From an uncultured virus (IMG/VR IMGVR_UViG_3300031998_000016) (taxonomy: Duplodnaviria > Heunggongvirae > Uroviricota > Caudoviricetes): a stretch of 64,000 nt of DNA. Where the stretch lies: the IMG/VR virus record IMGVR_UViG_3300031998_000016. One strand, written 5' to 3'. Position 1 is the first letter of the stretch. Every line of letters starts with the position of its first letter. The notes beneath the pieces are model-generated. The model saw only the letters and a program-made list of their open reading frames with translations. It was not told the origin of the DNA and did not search any database. Both the position numbers and the translations under genes were made by a program. Of this stretch, positions 27,915 to 38,730 are shown piece after piece.

Positions 27915-28966
27915 CATTAAAAGAAATTGCAGATTCTCTTTCAACTGATAGAGTAATTGAATTAATGGCTTCTCTCGGCGCGACCGAGTGTAAGAAAACT
28001 CATGATGCTGTTATGTTCAATACAATCTGCCATAACTGTGATGAACATGACGGTTCAATGAAGTTATATTACTATCCAAAAACTCATACTTTTCATTGCT
28101 ATACAAAGTGTGGCGAAACATTTAACATTTATGAAATGTTTAAGAAAAGATATGAGTTACTGGATACTCCTTATGATTTTTATAAGGATATTGTAAAGAA
28201 GATAGATAATGGTCAGGGACAAATTCAAACAATAGGTTCATTCTATGAAGTATATGAATCTATCTACGAAAAAGATGACCACAATGTTAATGTTACTATT
28301 CCACAATTGCCGGAATCTGTATTAAATATCTATACTTATTATCCAACACCAGAATGGCTAAGTGATGGTATTTCAGCAGAATCAATGAAGCTTTATAACA
28401 TAAAATATTCTATTTCCGAAAATAAAATTATTATTCCTCATTATAATTGTGATGGTAATTTAATTGGTATTCGTGGCAGAGCCTTAAATGATGAAGATTT
28501 AGTTTTTGGTAAATATATGCCAGTTATGATAGAAGGTAGATTATATAATCATCCTCTTGCTTTTAATCTCTATGGGCTTAATGTGGTTAAAGATAATATT
28601 AAGAAAATGAAAATAGCTATTATTGCAGAAGGCGAAAAAAGTGCATTACAGGCCAATACCTTTTTGGGTAAAGATAGGAATGTAGTTGTGGCTTGCTGTG
28701 GTAGTAGTATTCATAAATATCAAATAGAACTTTTGCGGCGAGTTGGTGCAGAAAGAATTATTATAGCTTTTGATAAAGAGGGCGAAAATTTTAAAGAGCA
28801 AAACCTTTATATCAAAAAGCTTAGTTCTATTTGTAATAGATATAAAAATATTGTTAACATGGGATATATGTATGATTCCCAAAAATTACTTAGCTTAAAA
28901 CAGTCACCATTTGATAAGGGTCTTGATATATTCAACGCCCTAATGAAAACAGTGACTTGGGTTTAA
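27911..28966 (+). CDS. DNA primase
   Basis: Zn-binding ICHN...FHCYTKC, IGIRGR, TOPRIM AEGEKS and AFDKE. Confidence 0.85.
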   Translation: MTLKEIADSLSTDRVIELMASLGATECKKTHDAVMFNTICHNCDEHDGSMKLYYYPKTHTFHCYTKCGETFNIYEMFKKRYELLDTPYDFYKDIVKKIDNGQGQIQTIGSFYEVYESIYEKDDHNVNVTIPQLPESVLNIYTYYPTPEWLSDGISAESMKLYNIKYSISENKIIIPHYNCDGNLIGIRGRALNDEDLVFGKYMPVMIEGRLYNHPLAFNLYGLNVVKDNIKKMKIAIIAEGEKSALQANTFLGKDRNVVVACCGSSIHKYQIELLRRVGAERIIIAFDKEGENFKEQNLYIKKLSSICNRYKNIVNMGYMYDSQKLLSLKQSPFDKGLDIFNALMKTVTWV

Positions 28967-28995
28967 AATTTATAAAGAGAGAGATGATAAACTAA

Positions 28996-30822
28996 ATGAA
29001 GTATTTAAGAAAAACGTCTTATGACATTCGACAGGATTATGGTCGCAACTTGCTAAGGGATAGAGGTATTCTAAATGAATAGAATGTAAGCACCTTCTTT
29101 GCGCCGCGATTAGACCATGTATGTAATTGGAATTTACTGGATAATATTATTGCGGCAGCTCATATGATTATTAAGCATGCAAAGTTAAATCACAAAGCTT
29201 TGCTTGTAGTTGACTGTGACGTAGATGGTTACACAAGTAGTTCACTTATGTATCGCTATTTAACAGAACAGTGGCCGACCCTCGAAATCGAGTTTTGGAT
29301 TCATACTGAAAAGCAGCATGGATTTGATGATGACCTTATGGAATACCTTACTCAGAGTGGACAGATTTTTGATTTAATCATTATGCCCGATGCTGGTACA
29401 AATGATGTAAAACAACAGACTATTCTTGCCGCAATGGGATATGATATTGTTATTGCAGACCATCATGAATGGGAAGGTAAGTCTTGCGAATATGACAATG
29501 TAATTGTTGTTAATAATCAAATGTCAGAAAACTATTCAAATAAAGAAGCTAGTGGTGTCGGTGTAGTTTGGCAACTTATTAGATGCATTAATTCAATACA
29601 TGGTCCGGGGTCAGACTTACTAGAATATTTAGATACAGTTGCTCTTGGCGAAGTTTCAGATATGATGCAAGGAACTACACCAGAGAACCGATTTATATTT
29701 GAATATGGTTTATCCCATGTTCAGAATGAGTTTTTCCAAACTTTCATAAGAAAGCAGTGTTTCTCCTTATTTGGTATTTCAGCAGATAAGTGGTCCGATA
29801 GTTATTACACAAACGGTAAGCTTACTCAGGTGGGCGTAGCTTTTTACATTACGCCATATATCAACGCTCTTATTAGAGTTGGTACACAAGAAGCAAAGAC
29901 ACTTATGTTCCAGGCTATGTGTGGTATTCCTTCGAGCAAGGTTCATAAAGACAACAGAACAGATGCTGAGCAGTGTTTCTACGATTGTTCTGCCGCAAAA
30001 AGATTACAGGATAAATTAAAGAATGAGGCCGTAGAACAGCTTAGTATTCAGATTACTAATAACTGTTTAGAGGACAATAAAATTCTCATACTTAATGGTG
30101 ATGACCTTGATGTACCAAATACATTAACTGGTTTATGTGCTATGGGTATTGCGGCGAAATATAAGAAGCCAACATTACTCGGAAGAACCAATGATGGATA
30201 TATTAAAGGCTCTTTCCGTGGTAGAGAAGATAGTGAACTTAAGGACTTAAAAAAGTTCTTGTCGGAAAGCAAACTTACTGACTATGCATTAGGCCATGCC
30301 AACGCAGGAGGTTGGTCATTAAAAACAAAATTCATAGATGAACTAACAAATTATGCCAATACAGAACTTGCTAACGTAGATTTTGGCGAAGGATTCTATG
30401 ATGTTGATTTTGTGTTTGAAGCAGAAGAAGATTCTGATATGTCTGATTGTATTTATGACTTAGAAAACTATAAGAATATTTGGGGTCAGGGCTGTAAGCA
30501 ACCAATACTTGCAATCAACAATCTTACTATTGATGGTAGTAATATATCAATAATTGGTAAGAACGCAGATACCCTTAAATTCACTTGCGGCAAAATCACA
30601 TATATAAAGTTTAAGGCGAAAGACCTATGTGAAAAGCTTTCGGGCAGAAGTGGTAAGATTGCACTTAATATAGTTGGTAAAACTAATGTTAATGAGTTTA
30701 TGGGAAGAACTACACCATAGATTATGATTGACGACCTTGAAGAAGTTAATCCGCTTTCCCAGGAACAGCAAGAACTACGTGAAGATTTTAAAACGTCATA
30801 CGAAGATTTATATAGTTTTTAA
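28996..30822 (+). CDS. RecJ-like DHH ssDNA exonuclease, 608 aa (2 TAG)
   Basis: DCDVDG, KQHG, PDAG, DHH, GSFR, GHANAGG. TAG at 29080 and 30718, the latter in P[Q]IMIDD. Ends TAA 30822. Confidence 0.85.
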
Positions 30823-30826
30823 ACTA

Positions 30827-30855
30827 TTTACTTTTTAAAAATAATGTGCTATAAT
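30827..30855 (+). promoter_or_regulatory. Sigma-A-like promoter
   Basis: TTTACT-17-(TG)TATAAT. Confidence 0.75.
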
Positions 30856-30891
30856 ATATATAGAAAATAAAAATTAAGGAGTGATTATTTA

Positions 30892-31098
30892 ATGGAAGAA
30901 ATGTTAATCAAGCAAACTGACGAAATTATGGTATCAACAGAGGAAGAAGCGGCGGCTCTTATTCAGAGTTTTAAGGATAAGGCTGGTTCTGAGGGTTATG
31001 AAATTGCCAACTATTCTTCAACTCATAAGGAGAAGAAGTCAAAGGGCGAAGTTATTGACGAATACTACATCGTTAAGATTACTAAGAAATGGTGCTAA
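30892..31098 (+). CDS. Hypothetical phage protein, 68 aa
   Basis: RBS AAGGAG; KEKKSKGEVIDEYY. Confidence 0.75.
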   Translation: MEEMLIKQTDEIMVSTEEEAAALIQSFKDKAGSEGYEIANYSSTHKEKKSKGEVIDEYYIVKITKKWC

Positions 31099-31116
31099 TA
31101 CCAGAAAGGGAAAGTT

Positions 31117-32079
31117 ATGACATACTTAGAATTTTTAGAAACTATTGTTGATGCGGTGAAGGACCTTGCTCCTTCTGCCGCAATCACCCATTACAAAAAG
31201 GGTTATATTCCAACGGAAGATGAAATGGATATGATAAGGGAACTTAATCACAAGTACGCAAACAAGGAAAATTCAAGTGAACTTCTCATTGAAGCTCTTG
31301 TTGTTGAAATGTATGAGAAAAGCTATATAACCCTTAATCTTGATAGCATTTACGAAAAGAATTTAACGGTAGATGAAATCAAGGAATTAGTCAAAGATAG
31401 GGTAGATGTATTTACAAAAGTTTATGGTAATGCTAATGATGTGCTTGATAAGATTGAGGATTTTGACTACATAAAGGATAAGCTGGTAATACGCCTACTC
31501 CCTTATGAAGAAAACAAAGCAAAGTTAGAAGATGTAGTTTATGAAAAGTTTTATGACATTGCTATTGTTCTTTACATCGAAATCTCTCATGAAGATGGTG
31601 TGCTTAATACAGCCAAGGTAAAGAAAGATTTTGCTGAAAAGTGGCATAAGAGAGCATCTGAATTATTCTCTATTGCTGCTCAGAATGTTATGCGTGACCA
31701 GCGCCCTGTAATTGGCGACTTAACAGCGGTTATAAGTGATAATCTTGAAAATGTGTTTTTAGCAACACCCGAAGATTTAGCTTCACATATGGGAGCAACA
31801 CTTCTTACCACATCACAGAGAACTAATGGTGCAGTTGCAGTCTTTATTCCGGGAGTAGCAGATAAGTTAGCCGAACTTTTTAATGATAGCTTCTATGTAG
31901 TTTTTACTTCTATTCACGAAGCTATGATTCACAAGAATGGCGAATCAATAAATGGTATGTACGGAGCCCTTGATAGTACCAACAAAACTTTTGGAATGGA
32001 AGATTATTTATCATCAACTATTTATCTCTACGATAAAGATAAGAAAGACTTTTTCCCAGTTGCTAGACTGGAGGATTAA
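31117..32079 (+). CDS. DUF5688-like protein
   Basis: DIAIVLY, LLTT...NGA...PG, FYVVFTSIHEAMI, YLSSTIYLYD resemble the DUF5688 pattern (recalled, not searched). Confidence 0.55.
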   Translation: MTYLEFLETIVDAVKDLAPSAAITHYKKGYIPTEDEMDMIRELNHKYANKENSSELLIEALVVEMYEKSYITLNLDSIYEKNLTVDEIKELVKDRVDVFTKVYGNANDVLDKIEDFDYIKDKLVIRLLPYEENKAKLEDVVYEKFYDIAIVLYIEISHEDGVLNTAKVKKDFAEKWHKRASELFSIAAQNVMRDQRPVIGDLTAVISDNLENVFLATPEDLASHMGATLLTTSQRTNGAVAVFIPGVADKLAELFNDSFYVVFTSIHEAMIHKNGESINGMYGALDSTNKTFGMEDYLSSTIYLYDKDKKDFFPVARLED

Positions 32080-32080
32080 C

Positions 32081-32599
32081 ATGAAAGAATATATAAATGT
32101 ATCTAAGGCATTTGAATCACCTATTTGGTGCTATGCTATGATATGGGCCTTCATGGACAGAAGGGGAGAAGATTTCTTCGACCAGACTAGCGGCTATTTT
32201 TATGATAAATATTACGAGGATTTCATTCGGTTTATGTGGGGTCAGGGCGAAATTGATGAGTTTGTCGCTGACAAGCTCTTATCAAAATCAGATAATCCTG
32301 ACTTTGTTGAAATAGAATGGATATTGGTAAAAGACTTAGACCGTTCGCGCCGCGAAAGCATAGACGAAAAGGTTTGTTTTAAAGTTTATCAGCTTTTTGC
32401 AAAGTTCATGAGTTTGGATGAAAACAGAGCCTATATAATGAAGCATATAATGGATGATGAAGATATATGGGACGCACGTGATGAATATGAATATGCAAGA
32501 CAAGTAATCTCCTTTATGAACAATGTTTTAGAATATGAGGAATATGAAGAAATATCCCTTATGGATATTATATATGGAACAAAACGAGGTGAGATATAA
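32081..32599 (+). CDS. Hypothetical protein, 172 aa
   Basis: RBS GGAGG before ATG 32081. Confidence 0.7.
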   Translation: MKEYINVSKAFESPIWCYAMIWAFMDRRGEDFFDQTSGYFYDKYYEDFIRFMWGQGEIDEFVADKLLSKSDNPDFVEIEWILVKDLDRSRRESIDEKVCFKVYQLFAKFMSLDENRAYIMKHIMDDEDIWDARDEYEYARQVISFMNNVLEYEEYEEISLMDIIYGTKRGEI

Positions 32600-32718
32600 T
32601 GAAAATTCATACAGATGAAAAAGAAAATTACGTTAAGCGTATTGACAAAATGAAGGAAGACATAGCCCGCCGTAATAAAGAAATTCAGAAGCAGAATAAA
32701 GAGAAAAAGAAGGGTTAA
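32599..32718 (+). CDS. Small basic coiled-coil protein, 39 aa
   Basis: RBS GAGGTG, TAATG overlap; MKIHTDEKENYVKRIDKMKEDIARRNKEIQKQNKEKKKG. Confidence 0.55.
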   Translation: MKIHTDEKENYVKRIDKMKEDIARRNKEIQKQNKEKKKG

Positions 32719-32725
32719 GTAGATT

Positions 32726-32773
32726 AAGGTCAGGATTAAAAGTCTTGACCTTTTTTATATTTTATGATATAAT
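32726..32773 (+). promoter_or_regulatory. Terminator hairpin overlapping the -35 of the next promoter
   Basis: AAGGTCAGGA...TCTTGACCTT-TTTT; TTGACC(32745)-17-(TG)TATAAT(32768). Confidence 0.65.
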
Positions 32774-32802
32774 TATATTATAATAAGAAAGGGGAAATAA
32801 AA

Positions 32803-32988
32803 ATGGATACTAAGGACACAGAAAAGTTAACTTGTTATAGCTGCACAAATTTCTTTTATGATTGTTTTTGCGGCTATAAAGCTTGTCGCTGTAAAATATA
32901 TGGAAATATAGATTTAGGACAGTGTGAGAGACACCCAGATTATACAGCACAAACTTGTCCAGACTATAAAAAGACGGAGGGAAAATAA
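32803..32988 (+). CDS. Small Cys-rich protein, 61 aa
   Basis: CYSC...CFC...CRC...C...C; TAATG-coupled to the polymerase. Confidence 0.65.
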   Translation: MDTKDTEKLTCYSCTNFFYDCFCGYKACRCKIYGNIDLGQCERHPDYTAQTCPDYKKTEGK

Positions 32989-35900
32989 TGGAATTCTATG
33001 GTTCAATTCACAATCATACAGACATTGGGTCAAATCAGAGATTAAGAGATAGTACAAATACAATTGAATCTCTTTGCTGGTATGCCGCAGAAGATTTAAA
33101 ACATAACTTTGTAGCAATCACAGACCATGAATCAATTTCTCAGTCTATCAATGCACAGAAAATAGAAAAGAAAATAAGAGAAAAATATCCGGAATTTAAA
33201 GTAATTCGTGGTAATGAGATTTATCTTTGCCGCGATGATTTAAACAAAAATACTTATGAACGTGGCGTAGATAAGTTCCCACACTTTATCTTACTTGCAA
33301 AGGATGCTGAAGGACATAAGCAGCTTAGAGAATTATCATCAAGAGCTTGGGTTAAGAATAGTTTCTCAACTGGTAAAATGTTAAGAGTACCAACTTTCTA
33401 TTCAGATTTAAAAGAAGTTATTGGTCAGAATCCAGGCCATGTAATTTTTAGTACAGCTTGTCTTGGTTCAGCGCTTGCACAGAAAGCACTTTTATTTTCT
33501 CAGCTTTTAGATGAAAGAATCTATGAACAGATGAAACAGTGGGTAAGGGTTGTATCTAATATTTGCGGCAGAGAAAACTTCTTCTTAGAAGTTCAGCCTT
33601 CATTTAACAAGGAACAGATTGCTGTAAATCTTGTTTATAAGAAATTAGCAGAGGAACTTCAGTTCCCAGTGGTTATTTCACTTGATGCTCACTATCTTAA
33701 AAAGGAAGATGCCCCAATTCACGAAGCTTTCTTAAACGCACAGGAAGGTGAAAGAGAAGTTAAGTCATTCTATGCATCAACTTACATGATGTCTAGAGAA
33801 GAAATTCATGAATATATGGATGAATCAATCGGCACAGAAACAGTAAGTAAGTGGATGAATAACACAAAGCTTATCTACGATATGTGTGAAGATTATGACC
33901 TTACAAGACCACTTCATATTCCATATCTTCCTCTTACAATAGATAAGATAACAGATGCAGATTATGAAGAATTTTCCGGCAAGATTAAGGAGTTATCTTA
34001 CTTCTATCATTCTCCACATCAGCCAGATAGAGATATGGCAGCCGCACTTGTTAAAAAGATTCAGTCAAACAGGGCAGAGTTTGATAACGAAAGATGTTTC
34101 AAGGAAATGGATAAAAACCTTGAAGCTATCAGAGTATCAAGTGAAAAGCAGAACACACAGTGGTCAGCTTACCTTTTAAATATGAGAGATTATATCAGAG
34201 TAATTTGGGAAAAGGGTAACTCACTTGTTGGTTGTTCAAGAGGTTCGGGCGGTGGCTTCTTACTTCTTTATATGCTTGACATTATTCAGGTTAATCCACT
34301 TAGAGAAAAAGCCCCACTTAGATATTGGAGATTCCTTCACTCAGAAAGAGCTTCGGTACTTGATATTGATACGGATATTGAAGGTGGTAAGCGTCCACAG
34401 GTTTACAAGGCCTTCCAGGATACATATGGTGAAGATAGAGTTTCAAAGGTTCTTACAATCAGAACCGAAAAAGCTAAGTCTGCTATATTAACCGCTTGCC
34501 GCGGACTTGGAGTATCACCGGAAGAAGCAAGTTACTTAGCATCGTTCATTAAGGCGGACCGTGGTCAGCAGAGAACACTTGAACAGACATACTATGGTGA
34601 TGAAGAAAACGACATTCCACCAGACAAGAAGTTCCAAGAACTTATGGATGGTAAGTATGCAGAAGTTTGGAAAGTAGCTAAGTACATAGCCGGACTTTGT
34701 TGTGGTGTTGGCTCACATGCTGGTGGTGTAATCTTCTACGACGAACCAATCATAAACTCAACAGCTCTTATGAGAACTTCAAATGGCGACGTTATTACAC
34801 AGTATGACCTCCATACACTTGAAGAAGTTTCTCTTATCAAAATCGACCTTCTCTCAATTGAAGCACTTGACCGTATGAGAGCTTGTCTTGATTTACTTGG
34901 CGAGTATGGTTACATCAATCCAATGCTTCCACTTAAACAGCGTTATGAAGATACAATTGGTGTTTACAAGATTGAAAGAGATGACCCAGAGATGTGGAAA
35001 CTCATTCACGAACACAAAATTGAATCTTTATTCCAGATGGAACAGCAGTCAGGTATTAAGGGTATCGCGGCAGTTAAGCCAACAACTCTTGAAGAACTTG
35101 CAACTCTTAACTCAGTTATCAGACTTATGGCTCCTGAAAAGGGCGCTGAACAGCCAGTTGATAAGTTTGCGAGATTTAAGAGAAACATCAATGAATGGTA
35201 TAAAGAAATGGATAAATGGGGAGTATCAAAGGATAAGCAGAAACTTCTCGAACCTTATCTGTTGGAATCAAGCGGTATGTGTGAATCACAGGAACGTTTT
35301 ATGAGTTTGGTTCAATTACCGGAATGTGGTGGATTTGGTCTTGCGTGGGCCGATAAACTTAGAAAGTCTGTTGCCAAGAAAAATCCAGCCGCTTTCTTAG
35401 AACTTGAAAAAGAGTTCTATCAGAGAATGGAAGAACAGAATCTTGATAAGAATTTCTGTAGATATGTATGGCAGGTTTGCGTTGGTGCTTCAAGAGGATA
35501 TGGATTTAACCTTTCTCACACGCTTGGTTACTCAATTATCGCTTTACAGGAAATGAACTTATACTCTAAGTTCCCAAGTATTTTCTGGGACACAGCAAAC
35601 CTCATTGTTGATTCTGGTTCAATGAACCTTGAAGACCAGTTTAATGATACAGAAGATGAGGGCGATGAAGAGTCTGAAACAAAGAATACATCAGCTGACT
35701 ATGGTAAAATAGCTACGGCGATTGGTAAGATGATGGCAAGAAACGTTAAGTTCTCTTTACCAAACATAAATGAATCAAAGTTTACATTCTCACCGAACGT
35801 TGAAGAAAATACTATTTATTGTGGTTTCCGTGGTATCACAAGAATCAGTAATGCTCTTATTGAAGAAATCATTAAGAATCGTCCATATGCAAGTTTTGAT

Positions 35901-36908
35901 GATTTTAGAAGTAAGGTTAAGACAAATGTTTTACAGATGACAAATCTTATTAAGTCCGGTGCTTTTGACTGTTTCGGTCGCCGTGAAGATATAATGGAAG
36001 AGTTCATCAAATCAATCTCAGACCAGAAGAAAAGAATCACCCTTCAGAATATGAATATGTTATGTGAAAAAGACCTTATTCCTGAAGAACTTGCTTTTGA
36101 AAAGAGAGTGTTTAACTTCAATAAATACATCAGTAAGAACTTTAAGAAAGACGGCGAAATCACACTTAACAAGGTTTGCTTAGACTTCTATCTCGAAAAC
36201 TTTGATGATGCTAAACTTTACGACTACGAAATCAATGGTGATGCGTCAACTGCAAAAATTAAAGAGAAAGATTGGAAGAAAATCTATGATGTTAATATGG
36301 ATGCCGTGAGAGCGTGGATGAAAGAAAATCACGATGAAATCCTTAATACACTTAATAATACTTTATATATGGAAACATATAACAAGTATGCCGCCGGTAG
36401 TCTTAGTAAGTGGGAAATGGATAGTCTTGGTTTCTATTATCACGACCACGAACTTAAGGGTCTTAGAAATGATGTTTACTCTGTTTTAAATTATAGCTCA
36501 ATTAAAGATTCGGATGTTGCAAGAACTATAACAACAGATGATGGTACTGAAATTGACATCTACAAGATAAGCAGAATTGCCGGAACAGTAGTTGATAAGA
36601 ATAAAGATAAGGGGCAGGTAATCTTACTTACACCTGATGGAGTAGTTACAGTAAAGGTTTGGAAGAATCAGTTCGCTGAAATGGACAAACAGATAAGCCG
36701 CACAAATGCAGATGGAAAGAAAACTGTAATTGAAAAATCATGGTTCCAGAGAGGAACAAAACTTATCATTACTGGTATGAAACGTGATGATACATTCATT
36801 CCAAAGAAGTATAAGTCAACAACATTCCCACTCTTCACAAAGATTGAAGAAATGGACGACAAGGGAATGATAACTAAATATACTACAGAAAGGGTTGTGA
36901 TAGATTGA
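32988..36908 (+). CDS. dnaE: Family C DNA polymerase (DNA Pol III alpha-like), 1306 aa, no TAG
   Basis: PHP HNHT, TDH, STACLG, DAHY; palm RGSG, DIDTD, HAGG, KIDLL; GFNxSH. Confidence 0.95.
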   Translation: MEFYGSIHNHTDIGSNQRLRDSTNTIESLCWYAAEDLKHNFVAITDHESISQSINAQKIEKKIREKYPEFKVIRGNEIYLCRDDLNKNTYERGVDKFPHFILLAKDAEGHKQLRELSSRAWVKNSFSTGKMLRVPTFYSDLKEVIGQNPGHVIFSTACLGSALAQKALLFSQLLDERIYEQMKQWVRVVSNICGRENFFLEVQPSFNKEQIAVNLVYKKLAEELQFPVVISLDAHYLKKEDAPIHEAFLNAQEGEREVKSFYASTYMMSREEIHEYMDESIGTETVSKWMNNTKLIYDMCEDYDLTRPLHIPYLPLTIDKITDADYEEFSGKIKELSYFYHSPHQPDRDMAAALVKKIQSNRAEFDNERCFKEMDKNLEAIRVSSEKQNTQWSAYLLNMRDYIRVIWEKGNSLVGCSRGSGGGFLLLYMLDIIQVNPLREKAPLRYWRFLHSERASVLDIDTDIEGGKRPQVYKAFQDTYGEDRVSKVLTIRTEKAKSAILTACRGLGVSPEEASYLASFIKADRGQQRTLEQTYYGDEENDIPPDKKFQELMDGKYAEVWKVAKYIAGLCCGVGSHAGGVIFYDEPIINSTALMRTSNGDVITQYDLHTLEEVSLIKIDLLSIEALDRMRACLDLLGEYGYINPMLPLKQRYEDTIGVYKIERDDPEMWKLIHEHKIESLFQMEQQSGIKGIAAVKPTTLEELATLNSVIRLMAPEKGAEQPVDKFARFKRNINEWYKEMDKWGVSKDKQKLLEPYLLESSGMCESQERFMSLVQLPECGGFGLAWADKLRKSVAKKNPAAFLELEKEFYQRMEEQNLDKNFCRYVWQVCVGASRGYGFNLSHTLGYSIIALQEMNLYSKFPSIFWDTANLIVDSGSMNLEDQFNDTEDEGDEESETKNTSADYGKIATAIGKMMARNVKFSLPNINESKFTFSPNVEENTIYCGFRGITRISNALIEEIIKNRPYASFDDFRSKVKTNVLQMTNLIKSGAFDCFGRREDIMEEFIKSISDQKKRITLQNMNMLCEKDLIPEELAFEKRVFNFNKYISKNFKKDGEITLNKVCLDFYLENFDDAKLYDYEINGDASTAKIKEKDWKKIYDVNMDAVRAWMKENHDEILNTLNNTLYMETYNKYAAGSLSKWEMDSLGFYYHDHELKGLRNDVYSVLNYSSIKDSDVARTITTDDGTEIDIYKISRIAGTVVDKNKDKGQVILLTPDGVVTVKVWKNQFAEMDKQISRTNADGKKTVIEKSWFQRGTKLIITGMKRDDTFIPKKYKSTTFPLFTKIEEMDDKGMITKYTTERVVID

Positions 36909-37804
36909 TTGGTTTATACGACATTGACCTTTATCATGGGCAGAACTTTTCATTAAGTCTGCCCTTTATGAAGGTTTATAATTATTTAGTTAAACGTGGC
37001 CGCTATCCGGTCATTATGAAAAAGAATGATAAGGGTTCATTATACACCCAAATCTTTTATTTTAAGGAAAGTCCTACACTACAAATTCCAAAGTCACTAT
37101 TAATCAATTCAGATATTGGTGAGTTTATTGGCTACGGTTTTTGCGGCGAAAGTGGACTAAAAAATCCAGACATTATAAATACCGAGCCTAGTTTTACTCC
37201 ATATGAGTTAAATTCAAAATACATCAAAAATAAAAACCTTTTCAAAGATATTAAAAAGAATAGTTTGGTAAGCTGGCGAGATAAAGACTTTGCTTGTAAG
37301 CAAGGTGACAAATACTTCATAAATGACTATAACTTCTTACTTGAAGAAGATTGGCGCGATGCCTTTAGTTATTTTGATAAAACCTTTGATTTTGTACATC
37401 CCCTCTTGCCGCAAAAGGAAGACCTAGAATTTTTGGCAAACCATGGAAACTATGGTCGTTGCACTCAGGTATCCCTTCCATTAGTTACTGAAAAAGAACA
37501 GTTAGACCTATGCGGCAGAATAAAGGGTGCTCAATATACGATTGTTGGTCTAACAGAAGAAGAATTGTTCATACAATATTTACTTCTCAAAAATACCGAC
37601 AACCACGTTCCACTTAATGCTTACTTTAATGATTCATTAATACTCAAATGGTGTCAGTCACCAACACCCCAAAGTTTTGTTGATTTTTGCGGCGACAAAT
37701 GGAAACAGTCCGACTGGTTAAAATTTAAATACTATCGTCTGTTATACCAAAATCCTACCACAATATCCTATTCTGAATTAAAACAGGAACTCTTTACTTT
37801 TTAG
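36905..37804 (+). CDS. Hypothetical protein, 299 aa
   Basis: TTG start overlapping the dnaE stop; long TAG-free ORF. Confidence 0.7.
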   Translation: MIGLYDIDLYHGQNFSLSLPFMKVYNYLVKRGRYPVIMKKNDKGSLYTQIFYFKESPTLQIPKSLLINSDIGEFIGYGFCGESGLKNPDIINTEPSFTPYELNSKYIKNKNLFKDIKKNSLVSWRDKDFACKQGDKYFINDYNFLLEEDWRDAFSYFDKTFDFVHPLLPQKEDLEFLANHGNYGRCTQVSLPLVTEKEQLDLCGRIKGAQYTIVGLTEEELFIQYLLLKNTDNHVPLNAYFNDSLILKWCQSPTPQSFVDFCGDKWKQSDWLKFKYYRLLYQNPTTISYSELKQELFTF

Positions 37805-37821
37805 TAAAATTATGGTATAAT
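37793..37821 (+). promoter_or_regulatory. Sigma-A-like promoter
   Basis: TTTACT-17-(TG)TATAAT. Confidence 0.7.
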
Positions 37822-37844
37822 ATATACATAAGGTGGTGAAGGAA

Positions 37845-38009
37845 ATGTCAAAGAGTATTGAAGTGTTAAAATTCGAGTTACACGAATTAGAAAAGGATTT
37901 ACAAAGCATAGACGTATCTACCTTTGTTCTAAATCCACGGATTCCAAAGCTCGTTAAAGATATAAAAGAATTACGAAAAGAGATTAAGGAGGCAGAAAGT
38001 AATGAATGA
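37845..38009 (+). CDS. Small coiled-coil protein, 54 aa
   Basis: RBS AGGTGGTG; MSKSIEVLKFELHELEKDLQSIDVSTFVLNPRI...; overlaps the clpP start. Confidence 0.6.
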   Translation: MSKSIEVLKFELHELEKDLQSIDVSTFVLNPRIPKLVKDIKELRKEIKEAESNE

Positions 38010-38730
38010 AGATATGAATGTAGATATTCTAAATGAAGACGGCTCATTAAAATCAAAGGAAGACTTTCTCAAAGAAATGGAAGCATTGTACGATGCAATT
38101 GAAGAAGAAGTTGAGGAACCATTACTTACAGAAGAAGATTGCGTTGGTTCAAATGAAGTCATTGACATTCTCTCATTTAAAGAAAGAATTATTTGGCTTA
38201 CAGGAGAAATCGTTGGCGCAACAGACAGAACCTATGGCACATCAAGAGAAATCATTGAAAAGATTCTCGCATGGAACATACAGGATAGGAGCGTAAATGC
38301 CGAGGATAGAAAACCAATTCATATCCTTATTAATTCTGAGGGCGGCGATATGATGGAAGCACTTGCCATTATAGATGCTATTCAGAGTTCAAAGACTCCT
38401 GTTTACACTCATGTAATTGGTGAAGCTTATAGCGCAGCTTTCCTTATTACTCTTTGCGGCAAGAAAAGATTTGGTACAAGAAATTCAACTTATCTTTTCC
38501 ACGAAGGTATGGCTGGTTTCGTTGGTGATGCCCACAAGCTCAACCAGGCTGTTCAGTTCTATAAGAACACACTTCTTAAGAAAACAAGAAAGATTATCCT
38601 TGATAACTCAAAGATTTCAGAAGAAGCTTATGAGGAACACATTAAAGATGACTGGTTCTTTGATTCAAACGAAGCAGTTAAACTTGGAGTAATAGATGAC
38701 GTTAATGGAGGTATTTTTGAATGGATTTAA
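38002..38730 (+). CDS. clpP: ClpP-like protease
   Basis: RIIWLTGEI, INSEGG, GEAYSAA (Ser), FHEG (His), DWFF...EAVKLGVID. Confidence 0.85.
   Translation: MNEDMNVDILNEDGSLKSKEDFLKEMEALYDAIEEEVEEPLLTEEDCVGSNEVIDILSFKERIIWLTGEIVGATDRTYGTSREIIEKILAWNIQDRSVNAEDRKPIHILINSEGGDMMEALAIIDAIQSSKTPVYTHVIGEAYSAAFLITLCGKKRFGTRNSTYLFHEGMAGFVGDAHKLNQAVQFYKNTLLKKTRKIILDNSKISEEAYEEHIKDDWFFDSNEAVKLGVIDDVNGGIFEWI

Noticed and set aside
12335..36908. Inteins or group I introns in nrdD, gyrA/B, helicase or dnaE
   Set aside because: The ORFs are continuous and of normal size, with no intein terminal motifs or LAGLIDADG blocks noticed.
36905..37804. Radical SAM enzyme (N-terminus MIGLYDID...MK resembles some phage radical-SAM-associated proteins)
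   Set aside because: No CxxxCxxC motif; left as hypothetical.
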